The position numbers were made by a program, and so were the translations under genes. This document shows, piece by piece, positions 1 to 8,173 of a stretch of 35,112 bases of DNA (its first letter is position 1; each line of letters starts with the position of its first letter). The DNA lies in assembly GCA_001275005.1 (NCBI GenBank), contig JWZX01003232.1, forward strand, positions 1 through 35,112, given 5' to 3'. Below the pieces are notes generated by a model that had not been told where the DNA came from, did no database searches, and was given only the letters and a program-made list of their open reading frames with translations. The DNA is from Chrysochromulina tobinii (Eukaryota).

Positions 1-389
1 AGAGACACGACGTGGGAAAAAATCACGACGAGAAAAGCGAGAAGGGGTGGGGGTGGGGGGGGGTCGAGGTGGCCGCCGCGATAGTAAGGTCCGCCAGTCC
101 GCCCCACCTGAAACTAAAGAGATGGCGAAGCGAAGGTGATTGTTGGAGCTTCGCATGAGGGGTCCGGGGAAGAATGCAGGGTTCTGATGTACTCCGGAAT
201 TACACGTCCTAACCATGTTGATCCGGATCGGACGATGTCAACAGTCGAGAGTCGTCGACACGGCAACACGATTACACACGGCGTGTTCGTAGGGGGGGGC
301 TGGCTGTCTTGATTGCATGGCGCAGGTATGTAGGCGCAGGCGTGTCATAGACCAGCGTGCGACTCGCAGCGTCTCTTTTCCTCAGACAC

Positions 390-1466
390 CTATGCGTGCC
401 AGTTGCTAAATCCCGTGGCCACCACAGTGATCGAGAGCACGGGGCCCATAGAATCGTCAATCTGCGCGCCGAAGATGATGTTGGCGTCAGGGTCGGCCAT
501 CTCGTAGATGGCCTGGGAAGCCTCGTTCACTTCCTGCAGCGTCATATCGGAGGAGCCCGTGATCGTGAAGACGATGCCCGTCGCCTTCTCGATCGGGAAG
601 TCGATAAGGGGTGAGGACATGGCCGCGATCGCCGCGTCGCGCGCGCGCCCTTTGCCCTCAGCAGTGCCGATGCCCATGAGCGCGAGGCCGGATGAGCCCA
701 GGATCGCCTGCACGTCCGCAAAGTCCACGTTGATCAGCCCGGCCTTGATGATGATATCCGAGATGCCCACCACGCCCTGCCGCAGGATGTCATCCGCCAC
801 GCAGAAGGCCTCCTGCAGCGGGGTGCCCTCCTCGACGATGTCGAGCAGCCGGTCGTTAGACACGATAATCATCGCGTCAACGTGCGTCTTCAGCCGCTCA
901 ATGGCGGCTTCTGCCTGGTTGGTGCGTCGCTTGCCCTCGAAAGAGAAGGGCTTTGTCACCACGCCGATGGTGAGGCAGCCCTGCTGCTTAGCCGCCTGCG
1001 CAACCACTGGCGCCGCGCCCGAGCCGGTGCCACCGCCCATACCCGCGACGACAAACACCATGTCCGAGCCTTTAACCATCTGCGTAATCTGCTCGTAGCT
1101 CTCCTCCGCCGACTCACGACCCTTGTCTGGGTTGCCACCGGCGCCGAGGCCACGGGAGGTGCCCGCGCCAAGGCCCAGGCGGTTGGGAGCCAGCGAGGCG
1201 TCAAGCGCCTGGATGTCCGTATTGATCGACCAGAATTCTACCGTCTGAGCCGTCTCCGTACCGAACTGGATCATCCGATTGACAGCATTGCCGCCGCTGC
1301 CGCCCACGCCAATCACCTTGATGGTGCATGGCGGCGCCTCGGCTTTTGCTTGCAGCACCGTAGCTGCGCGCGGGCTGCGCGCCGATGTGGCCGCTGGTGC
1401 ATATGCGGCTGGAACGTACGCGGCGCTGGCGCACAGCGCGTGCAGCGCGTGCAGCGCTAACCGCAT
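390..1466 (-). CDS. ftsZ: Plastid division protein FtsZ with bipartite signal + transit presequence
   Basis: Motifs IKVIGVGGSGGNAVNRM, INTDIQAL, GLGAGGNP, tubulin signature AGMGGGTGSGAAP, VVTKPFSFEG, INVDFADV, ITVVATGF. Start placed at ATG 1466 (MRLALHALHALCASAAYVP...), a hydrophobic signal followed by an Ala/Ser/Arg-rich transit-like stretch. Confidence 0.95.
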   Translation of the reverse strand: MRLALHALHALCASAAYVPAAYAPAATSARSPRAATVLQAKAEAPPCTIKVIGVGGSGGNAVNRMIQFGTETAQTVEFWSINTDIQALDASLAPNRLGLGAGTSRGLGAGGNPDKGRESAEESYEQITQMVKGSDMVFVVAGMGGGTGSGAAPVVAQAAKQQGCLTIGVVTKPFSFEGKRRTNQAEAAIERLKTHVDAMIIVSNDRLLDIVEEGTPLQEAFCVADDILRQGVVGISDIIIKAGLINVDFADVQAILGSSGLALMGIGTAEGKGRARDAAIAAMSSPLIDFPIEKATGIVFTITGSSDMTLQEVNEASQAIYEMADPDANIIFGAQIDDSMGPVLSITVVATGFSNWHA

Positions 1467-1846
1467 TCTCCCGAAAGGCGCCAACACCCGCCTCTCATAT
1501 TCATTCGCAGGAGTGGAGTAACCTCGGAGTTTTTGTAAGCTCATCAATGTTTGGAGTGCGCGCGGGCACGGCATACACTCGGCATACCGCGTCGCTTTGC
1601 TACATTGCTGGCCCGGCGATGAAGAGAGCCCAGACGCCACGGCAGACGCGTGGCTGCGGTATGGCTGCGGCGTGGCAGAGGCTGGTCGCGCCGCGCGCGA
1701 TCACACAACGTCCCGACAGCAGGTCACACCGCTATGTCAGCTCACAGAGGGACCTGACAGGGAGACATCTCAGTATCCCAGCTGGAGACTCGCACAGGCT
1801 TTGACAAGGCTGAGGAGGGTGACGGCCTAACACTCAAGGCCAGACC

Positions 1847-4315
1847 TCACACAACCCGAGGCTCTCCGTCCGTTACGGTGATCAATGAGCGGTCGTTGTC
1901 GTTGCAGCGCGTGCTCTCTATGTTCCTGGATGCACGCTTTCCGCCTGCCTCCTCCTCCACTCGAATGGACAGCAAGTGCTTGAAGCCCGCAAAATCGGCA
2001 ACGAGCTTCCCCTCGTATTGCGTCTGCCCCTCGGGCGGCGCCCCCCACTTGCCTTTACCCCATGGCGTCTGCAGCTCGCCGTTGGGCAGAAACTTGAGTC
2101 CGCCAAAGCCCGACCACGAGAAGCCGCAGCAGTTCTCTACGCTGCGCGCTACCACGGAGCCCGCAAGGTCCTCGGGCGTCATCGTGCGCAGCGTGAGTCC
2201 AGCGCACACATCCTTGCACAGAGTCGCGGGTGGTTGCACGATCCACTCGACCGAGCGCCCTGAGATGCCTTCGCCATACTTGGGGGGCGGCCCTGTGGGT
2301 GTCGTCTCCGATAAGAATCCGCCCGAACCAGCCTTTGGAAAGCGGAGCACCCAGCAATCGGTGAAATCGGCGGTAATCGCCGACTTGCTCGGATCTGCCT
2401 CGATTTCCGGCCCACCCAGGCCGATGGCATCGCGCCTGTGAGCGTCGTCGAGCACGCGCCAGTGCGTGTGGGCTTTTTGCGGCCCGCTCTCGACGTGCAG
2501 CACGCCCGCGCGCAGCAGAACAAAGGCGCCCGGCCCGCCTCGGTACGGCCCGCTGCCCTCCACCCGAGCCGCGAGCTCCGACGTGGGCGTCACAGGCGGC
2601 TTGCTCCACAGCTCGATCGCCGCCACGGGCGCATCGAGCGTGGCGATCACCTGCCCGCTGTTCCGATCGCTCAGCGTCCACGGCTTGCCCGCTTCGAACG
2701 AGGCGCGCACCACGAGCTGCTTGTTGCAAATATCCAATTTGACCAGATCAGGTTCGTAGCCACTTGCGCTGCCACCGTTGGCCACGAGGCCCCAGCGGCC
2801 GTGCCCCTTGGAGGAGATGAGCCACCCGTTGGTAAGGATCCACATCTTCTCTAGCCGGAACGCGTTTCTGCGGTCCGCGACGTCCGCACCCGCGAGCAGC
2901 CATGGGCCCGTGCCGAGCAGCTTGGCCGCCACAGCATGCGAGCGCAGCGGATGGCCGCGCAGGTCCAGATGGTGGAAGTTGTTCGTGTTGCCGCCCATCC
3001 CTGGCCAGTTGGCCAGCGTCGCGCTCGCGTTGTTGATGAGGGTCGAGAGCACGTGCGCACGATCGTGCGCACACTTTGGCGGCGCGGCCAGGGCGCGCGG
3101 CGGGTGCGCACCCATGTAGTGGCGCTTGTCGAGGGACCACTCGCCCACCTGCAGCTCCATGGGGAGGCCCTCGATCGAGTACTCGATGCCATACGTGTAG
3201 TGCAGAATGTAGTACGGCATCGACGAGCGGTCGGGAGTGACGGGCACGGGCAGCACTGGCCAAGAGAGCGGCCTCTCTCGATTGCCGATGGATCCGCCCT
3301 CGTACTGGAAGGAGTCTAGGACGCGGTGTTTGATGCCGAGCGAGCCCGCTGCGATGCACCAGCCCCACATCTCGCGCACCCAGCCGAGCGCCTGCACCGC
3401 TTCGTTGTCGTTGCAGATCTTGAGCGTGAAGTCGTACCACGGCTGAACCATCTTTTTGAGCTGCTCGACGTGGATGATGACAGGAGAGGGACCCACCGGA
3501 TCTGTCTTGCCGCCAAGGCCAGGAACAAATTTGTCGACAATTTTGGCCTGGCCCCATGCGACCATGTACCCAAAGTTGAAGGCGGCAGGCACCGTCTCTG
3601 TCGCGAGATTGGGCAGCGGACGCAGCAGCACGTGGTCCGTCTCAGCAATGTACACGTAGTCCTCGGTCACAACTTTACGGAAGTCGGGGTGCTGCACAAA
3701 TTGCATCATCGAGTATGGCCGATTGGCGACAACGTAGCCACCCGCCATCCCACCTCTCAACTCCTTGACGATAAACGTCGGGATCTCCTCGTCGAAGCTG
3801 TTACTGTCGCGCCCGCCATTGTGCGAGGTGAGCAGCCGCGTGAAGCCCCCCATCTCGCCGCATGGGTCCACACGTTTCTGTAGCTTCCAGTGGTGGTACA
3901 TGACGCGGCACTGCCACGTCTGGTATCCGCCTGACGATGATGTAAGGACGGTATGGTAGGGCCGCGGCGTGCCGGCGCAGCCAGCAGCCGCACGGCTCGC
4001 CTCAGTGGTTGGAATGGTATCATGGCTGAAGTCGGCTGAAAGCGTACGGCTGGATGACGATGCGCTCGTGACGCCCACTTCAGCAGAAAATGGATCCATA
4101 TTCTGCTGAATAGACGACGAGGCCGCTGCTGCAGCAACCGCCGCCTTCTGGGCCAGCTGCCGGCTTCGAATCAGGTACTGCGCCTCGAGATTGCGTGCGC
4201 GTGGGCTATCCAGTTGCGCGCCGCTACCGCCGCCGATGGCCTGCGTAGCGAAAAGGGAGAGGAGGCCAATAAAAAGCGCGGCCGAGAGCGCCGCCGTGAC
4301 CACGGCAACCCGCAT
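1847..4315 (-). CDS. Hydroxyproline O-arabinosyltransferase (HPAT/GT95)-like type II membrane glycosyltransferase with long C-terminal extension
   Basis: N-terminal TM anchor MRVAVVTAALSAALFIGLLSLF (ATG 4315). HPAT-type motifs YQTWQCRVMYHHW, EMGGFTRLL, EIPT, GYVVANRPY, EDYVYIAETDH, PAAFNFGYM, DPVGPSPVII, GWVREMW, ILHYTYG, GEWSLDKRHY. Confidence 0.85.
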   Translation of the reverse strand: MRVAVVTAALSAALFIGLLSLFATQAIGGGSGAQLDSPRARNLEAQYLIRSRQLAQKAAVAAAAASSSIQQNMDPFSAEVGVTSASSSSRTLSADFSHDTIPTTEASRAAAGCAGTPRPYHTVLTSSSGGYQTWQCRVMYHHWKLQKRVDPCGEMGGFTRLLTSHNGGRDSNSFDEEIPTFIVKELRGGMAGGYVVANRPYSMMQFVQHPDFRKVVTEDYVYIAETDHVLLRPLPNLATETVPAAFNFGYMVAWGQAKIVDKFVPGLGGKTDPVGPSPVIIHVEQLKKMVQPWYDFTLKICNDNEAVQALGWVREMWGWCIAAGSLGIKHRVLDSFQYEGGSIGNRERPLSWPVLPVPVTPDRSSMPYYILHYTYGIEYSIEGLPMELQVGEWSLDKRHYMGAHPPRALAAPPKCAHDRAHVLSTLINNASATLANWPGMGGNTNNFHHLDLRGHPLRSHAVAAKLLGTGPWLLAGADVADRRNAFRLEKMWILTNGWLISSKGHGRWGLVANGGSASGYEPDLVKLDICNKQLVVRASFEAGKPWTLSDRNSGQVIATLDAPVAAIELWSKPPVTPTSELAARVEGSGPYRGGPGAFVLLRAGVLHVESGPQKAHTHWRVLDDAHRRDAIGLGGPEIEADPSKSAITADFTDCWVLRFPKAGSGGFLSETTPTGPPPKYGEGISGRSVEWIVQPPATLCKDVCAGLTLRTMTPEDLAGSVVARSVENCCGFSWSGFGGLKFLPNGELQTPWGKGKWGAPPEGQTQYEGKLVADFAGFKHLLSIRVEEEAGGKRASRNIESTRCNDNDRSLITVTDGEPRVV

Positions 4316-4428
4316 CGAGGCCGAAGTGCCGCGGCAAAAAATAGTTTGGATTCCCGCCGCTTTGAATAACACTGGTATGGCCGGGACTCGTACATGTATT
4401 CATACCGGTTCTGTGCAAATTCCGCAAC

Positions 4429-5145
4429 ATGATGCCGATCATGATCTTGCTGCTCGTCTGTCGCTACAGCAACATGCTTCGCAACTCGCCACGAGCATCG
4501 TTCCCGCGCATGGTAGGAGCGGACACGTCTCGGCTGGAGCCCGTGGCACTTTACAAGGAGGTCACACTGCCAGCACCCGCCCTAGGGCCGCCAAGACAGG
4601 AGATCACGGTTGTGAACCTGATGCCTTTCATCGAGGCAGTGCTCTTGGAGAGTGGCATGCGCGAGGGCTCGGTGAATGTCATCTCCAAACACACGACGTG
4701 TGGCGTGACGATCAACGAGTGGGAGAGTAGGCTGGCACGCGACCTGCGCAGGTGGCTGTTCAACCTAGCGCCGCCCGATGACAGGAGCACGGTGGGCACC
4801 GTTGGCGGCGGCGTGAGCTATGAGCACAATGATATCAGCGCGCGCCCTGAGAGCGCCGACGAGCGCCAGCGCTGCCTCGATAATGGCTGGAATGTTGATG
4901 ACCCACGGGAGCTGCGGCGCTGGCGCGACCAAGAACCCATCAATGCGCACTCGCACCTCGCCGCGATGCTTCTCGGCAGCAGCGAGACCGTTCCAGTCAC
5001 AGGCGGGAAACTTGTCCTCGGTCAGTGGCAAAGCGTGATGATGGTCGACACCGACGGGCCGCGAGAGAGAAAGGTTGGCATCCAGGCCGTCGGCTTCGGG
5101 ATCAAAAGTCAGGTTCCGAAGGCGTCAGAGAGTAAGAACAAATGA
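4429..5145 (+). CDS. YjbQ/UPF0047 family protein (secondary thiamine-phosphate synthase-like), possibly organelle-targeted
   Basis: HTTCGVTINE, YEHND, EPINAHSHL, LVLGQWQSVMMVDTDGPRERKV match the YjbQ family. N-terminus is hydrophobic, then Arg/Ser-rich. Confidence 0.9.
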   Translation: MMPIMILLLVCRYSNMLRNSPRASFPRMVGADTSRLEPVALYKEVTLPAPALGPPRQEITVVNLMPFIEAVLLESGMREGSVNVISKHTTCGVTINEWESRLARDLRRWLFNLAPPDDRSTVGTVGGGVSYEHNDISARPESADERQRCLDNGWNVDDPRELRRWRDQEPINAHSHLAAMLLGSSETVPVTGGKLVLGQWQSVMMVDTDGPRERKVGIQAVGFGIKSQVPKASESKNK

Positions 5146-5257
5146 ACGTTCGAAGCACCGTCTATGTTTACACGAAGCATAACCATTTCAATATTGCTTC
5201 TATCAATATTCATAGGACAAAGGACGAATAGCGTGGTTTCGAGCGTTGTTTCGAGCG

Positions 5258-5425
5258 GCACATGCCAAGTCTGATGAGTGCCCTCGCGCCACCTTTGTCG
5301 AGCATCTCGGCGAGCGCCATCTCGACCACAGTCGAGTCAGCCGTGCGCTGGTGGATGAGCCGCAGCTCACGAAGCGTCGTGTTCGACTGCAACGCGCCAA
5401 CGATGTTGGGCTCTCTGATCAGCTC
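5258..5425 (-). pseudogene. Tropomodulin/leiomodin-like LRR C-terminal fragment (relic)
   Basis: Minus-strand translation GALQSNTTLRELRLIHQRTADSTVVEMALAEMLDKGGARALIRLG follows the tropomodulin LRR-cap pattern (AL..N.TL.EL+..NQ......VEM.+A.ML.....+++.G) and uses coding-like codons. No intact upstream LRRs. Confidence 0.55.
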
Positions 5426-6977
5426 CGCGGCGTTGGGACTTCTTCTTCTTTCCACGATCTGCGTTGCGACGCAGCTCCTTCGGCGCCGCTGCTCGCACAG
5501 TCCAGATGAGCCAGCAGCAAGCACACGGCTGCGAGCCAAGGAGTCGCTGCTGCTCGCCTCACGCGAGTTCGTGCGCGACATTGCGTGGCTCGCGGAGCAC
5601 ATTGTGATGAGTGACATACCGGACGACTTCTGGAACGACGCAAGCTCGAGCACGGCGCCTCTGTTGCAGAAGCGTTTGAACTCACGCGAGGAGGCCCCTT
5701 TCTTTGCGCCTGACAAGGTGGGCGACGTTGTCGCCAGGTCGTTTGACGAGGCCGATCAGTGTGCGGTGCGCTGGCAGCGTGCGCTGTGGACGATCAAGTT
5801 CAAAGAACGGTACTCGCCATGCGTAGCCGACTTCATCGACACTGCCGTGGGCACGGAGAAGCCTGCGGTCGTGCTGCTGCTCCGACCTTCAAGTCAGCCA
5901 CCAATCATCGCCGTCGCGTTCCGCGGTTCGAAAACGATGCAGGACTACTTCCTCACCGACATCAGCCCTAAATTCGTGCCCTTGCCGCTCGGAGCGCTCG
6001 CCGCAAAGGTGCTCGCCGCAAAGGTCACTGACGGGGCTGCGGCACTACCGCCGCCGAGGTCAGCGCCGTCGCCCGAGGGTCCCGAGATCGATGCGAACGA
6101 CGCTCGGCTCATGGCACTGCTGAGCGAGACGGATGCGCCGCCGTGCGCCACGCTCGGCTTGTGGCGCGCCTACGCCGGCGAGCATGCCGATACGTTGGAC
6201 GGCGATACCCCGAGGGCGCGCGTACGCCGAGCTGTCGAGCGACTGCTCACAGATTACCCGGAGGCGAGGCTCGTCTTGACCGGTCATTCGCTGGGTGGCG
6301 CCCTCGCCACGCTGTGCGCCTTCGACCTGCTCGGCCATTCAGACATCGTGCGGGACGCACTATGCCCGCTCACGCTCGTTGCCTTCGCCGCGCCGCGCAT
6401 GTTCAACCAAGCCTTCCAAGAGGTGATGAGCGAGGTCGAGAGCGAAGGCGCTCTGCACGCCATGCGCGTCGTTGTCGGATCGGACCTAATCGCACGCGTG
6501 CCGCCGCGGCAGCTGGGCGGCCACCATGGTGTGCGAGCACGGCTGCTCCTCCACCCGCCGCTCGAACGGGCCACTCTCACAAGTGACGACCCTGACGACA
6601 AGGAGCTATGGCGCATCGGCCCGGCGGACACGCACATCTGCCACGCCCTCTATCTCGGCGGCGAGACCACATCCACACACGGCCTGACGGTGCCGATGTC
6701 CCCGAAGTCCCCGTGGCCCTACCCGCCCAATCAGCAGGGCTCCGAGCGCTTGGCCAGCATCATCTCCGACGATCCCCTTGATAGTTTGAGAAAAGAACTG
6801 AAGCACGCCTCGCAGCTCGCGAAAGCTTCCGAGGGCGAGGCCGCAACAATCCGAAGTCGAAGCCGCACAAAAACCGTACCGGAAATCAGACGGTTCGAAC
6901 GCCCGTCCGCGGACGAGGGCCCGTCGTTCGGTCCGGGTCGAGGTCCGGGAGTCGTGCCGGGAACGATCGATCGATAA
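5403..6977 (+). CDS. Class 3 (fungal-type) lipase, alpha/beta hydrolase with N-terminal membrane anchor
   Basis: IAVAFRGS, nucleophile elbow LTGHSLGGALATL, FAAPRMFN, catalytic Asp DLIARVP, candidate His in THICHALY. ATG 5403 begins a hydrophobic helix MLGSLISSAALGLLLLSTICV (ORF is open from 5262). C-terminus after about 6848 is doubtful (see findings). Confidence 0.85.
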   Translation: MLGSLISSAALGLLLLSTICVATQLLRRRCSHSPDEPAASTRLRAKESLLLASREFVRDIAWLAEHIVMSDIPDDFWNDASSSTAPLLQKRLNSREEAPFFAPDKVGDVVARSFDEADQCAVRWQRALWTIKFKERYSPCVADFIDTAVGTEKPAVVLLLRPSSQPPIIAVAFRGSKTMQDYFLTDISPKFVPLPLGALAAKVLAAKVTDGAAALPPPRSAPSPEGPEIDANDARLMALLSETDAPPCATLGLWRAYAGEHADTLDGDTPRARVRRAVERLLTDYPEARLVLTGHSLGGALATLCAFDLLGHSDIVRDALCPLTLVAFAAPRMFNQAFQEVMSEVESEGALHAMRVVVGSDLIARVPPRQLGGHHGVRARLLLHPPLERATLTSDDPDDKELWRIGPADTHICHALYLGGETTSTHGLTVPMSPKSPWPYPPNQQGSERLASIISDDPLDSLRKELKHASQLAKASEGEAATIRSRSRTKTVPEIRRFERPSADEGPSFGPGRGPGVVPGTIDR

Positions 6978-7339
6978 GTAGAAAGTGTACTGAATCATGC
7001 TTGAATAGAACGCTCGAGACCTCAGGACCGGACGCGAGGGCGCGATTTCACGCTCCCCGGTCCGTCCCCGACGCGCGGCGTCCGGCGGGGTTGCGACGAA
7101 AATTACACACGTTGCGCGTCATAACACACCTGCTGGCGCGATGGCCGATGCATGTAAGATTGAAGGGCCCCAGCGCGTTCGTCGGTGACACTGAGGACTT
7201 TTATGTACTGAGTACTTACTGAGTACTACGGTCGTTATGCCCCCCATGTGGGCGTGTAGGTGCGACATCCTGTACATGAGCAACCCTTTGCAATGGCACG
7301 TCGACCGCTCGAACGCGCCACGTGGTGGTGGGACCCGCT

Positions 7340-7960
7340 TTACCGCTTGACCCATGCGAATTTCTTGCGAGCACCCTTCTGGCCCGGCTTCTTACGCTCG
7401 CGCACGCGAGCATCTCGCGTCATGAAGCCCGCGGACTTCAGCACCGGGCGCAGGGAAGCGTCGAGGCCCTGCATCGCTGTCGCGATCCCATGCCGCACCG
7501 CCTCCGCTTGGCCACTGATTCCACCGCCCTTGACGGTGGCCATGACGCTGAACCGTCCCGCAGTCGCCGTCTCGAAGAATGGCGCAAGCACCGTATGTCG
7601 GTGCACCCAATGGCCACCAAAGAAGCTGGACAGGCTCTTCCGATTGATGCGAACCTCTGCTAGCTTGTCCTCCTTCGTCGGCCAGATCCAAACACGGGCA
7701 ACAGCCGTCTTGCGGCGCCCAGTCGCATACGCACGGCCGAGCTCGTCCACCTTCACCCATTTCCGCGACGTGTCGCCAGGCGGGCGCATGTCACTCGTAA
7801 AGGCAGCGTGCACGACAGCCTTCCCATCGCTGCTGGCGGACGAAGACTCCTCGAGCCGGGCCGTCGAGAGTGGGCGCAATAAATTGCGTACTAAGCTGCT
7901 GGACGGCACAGAACGCGAGACGCATGAGACAGCGCGTCGGGTCAAGGAGATCCCCAGCAT
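7340..7960 (-). CDS. MRPS9: Mitochondrial ribosomal protein uS9m
   Basis: GRAYATGRRKTAVARVW, GGGISGQAEAVRHGIA, TRDARVRERKKPGQKGARKKFAWVKR. Arg/Ser-rich presequence with no acidic residues in the first ~35 aa. Confidence 0.93.
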   Translation of the reverse strand: MLGISLTRRAVSCVSRSVPSSSLVRNLLRPLSTARLEESSSASSDGKAVVHAAFTSDMRPPGDTSRKWVKVDELGRAYATGRRKTAVARVWIWPTKEDKLAEVRINRKSLSSFFGGHWVHRHTVLAPFFETATAGRFSVMATVKGGGISGQAEAVRHGIATAMQGLDASLRPVLKSAGFMTRDARVRERKKPGQKGARKKFAWVKR

Positions 7961-8173
7961 CGCTGTTGTTCGGAGCCACGCGACGATAGCGTCGTGAAGA
8001 CGTCATCGTGTGAAGACCTGCAAACGTTTCGAACACCTTTCACAGACCATCGTCTCCAGACCCTCCTCTCCCGCCTTTTTGGAAAGCCAATTGTGTTAAA
8101 TTGTGTGAACTCTTGTATGCGTGCATCGCGTGCAGGGGAGCGACTTGCGGGGATGTTGCGCGTCCGAGGCGGC

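Noticed and set aside
1467..1640. Upstream extension of the ftsZ ORF to a GTG at 1640
   Set aside because: Non-ATG start in a eukaryote; the signal peptide begins at ATG 1466.
390..7960. Bacterial contamination or operon (ftsZ, yjbQ, rpsI-like)
   Set aside because: The genes carry eukaryotic targeting presequences, lie on mixed strands and are contiguous with GCN1, RPL10A and DLEC1.
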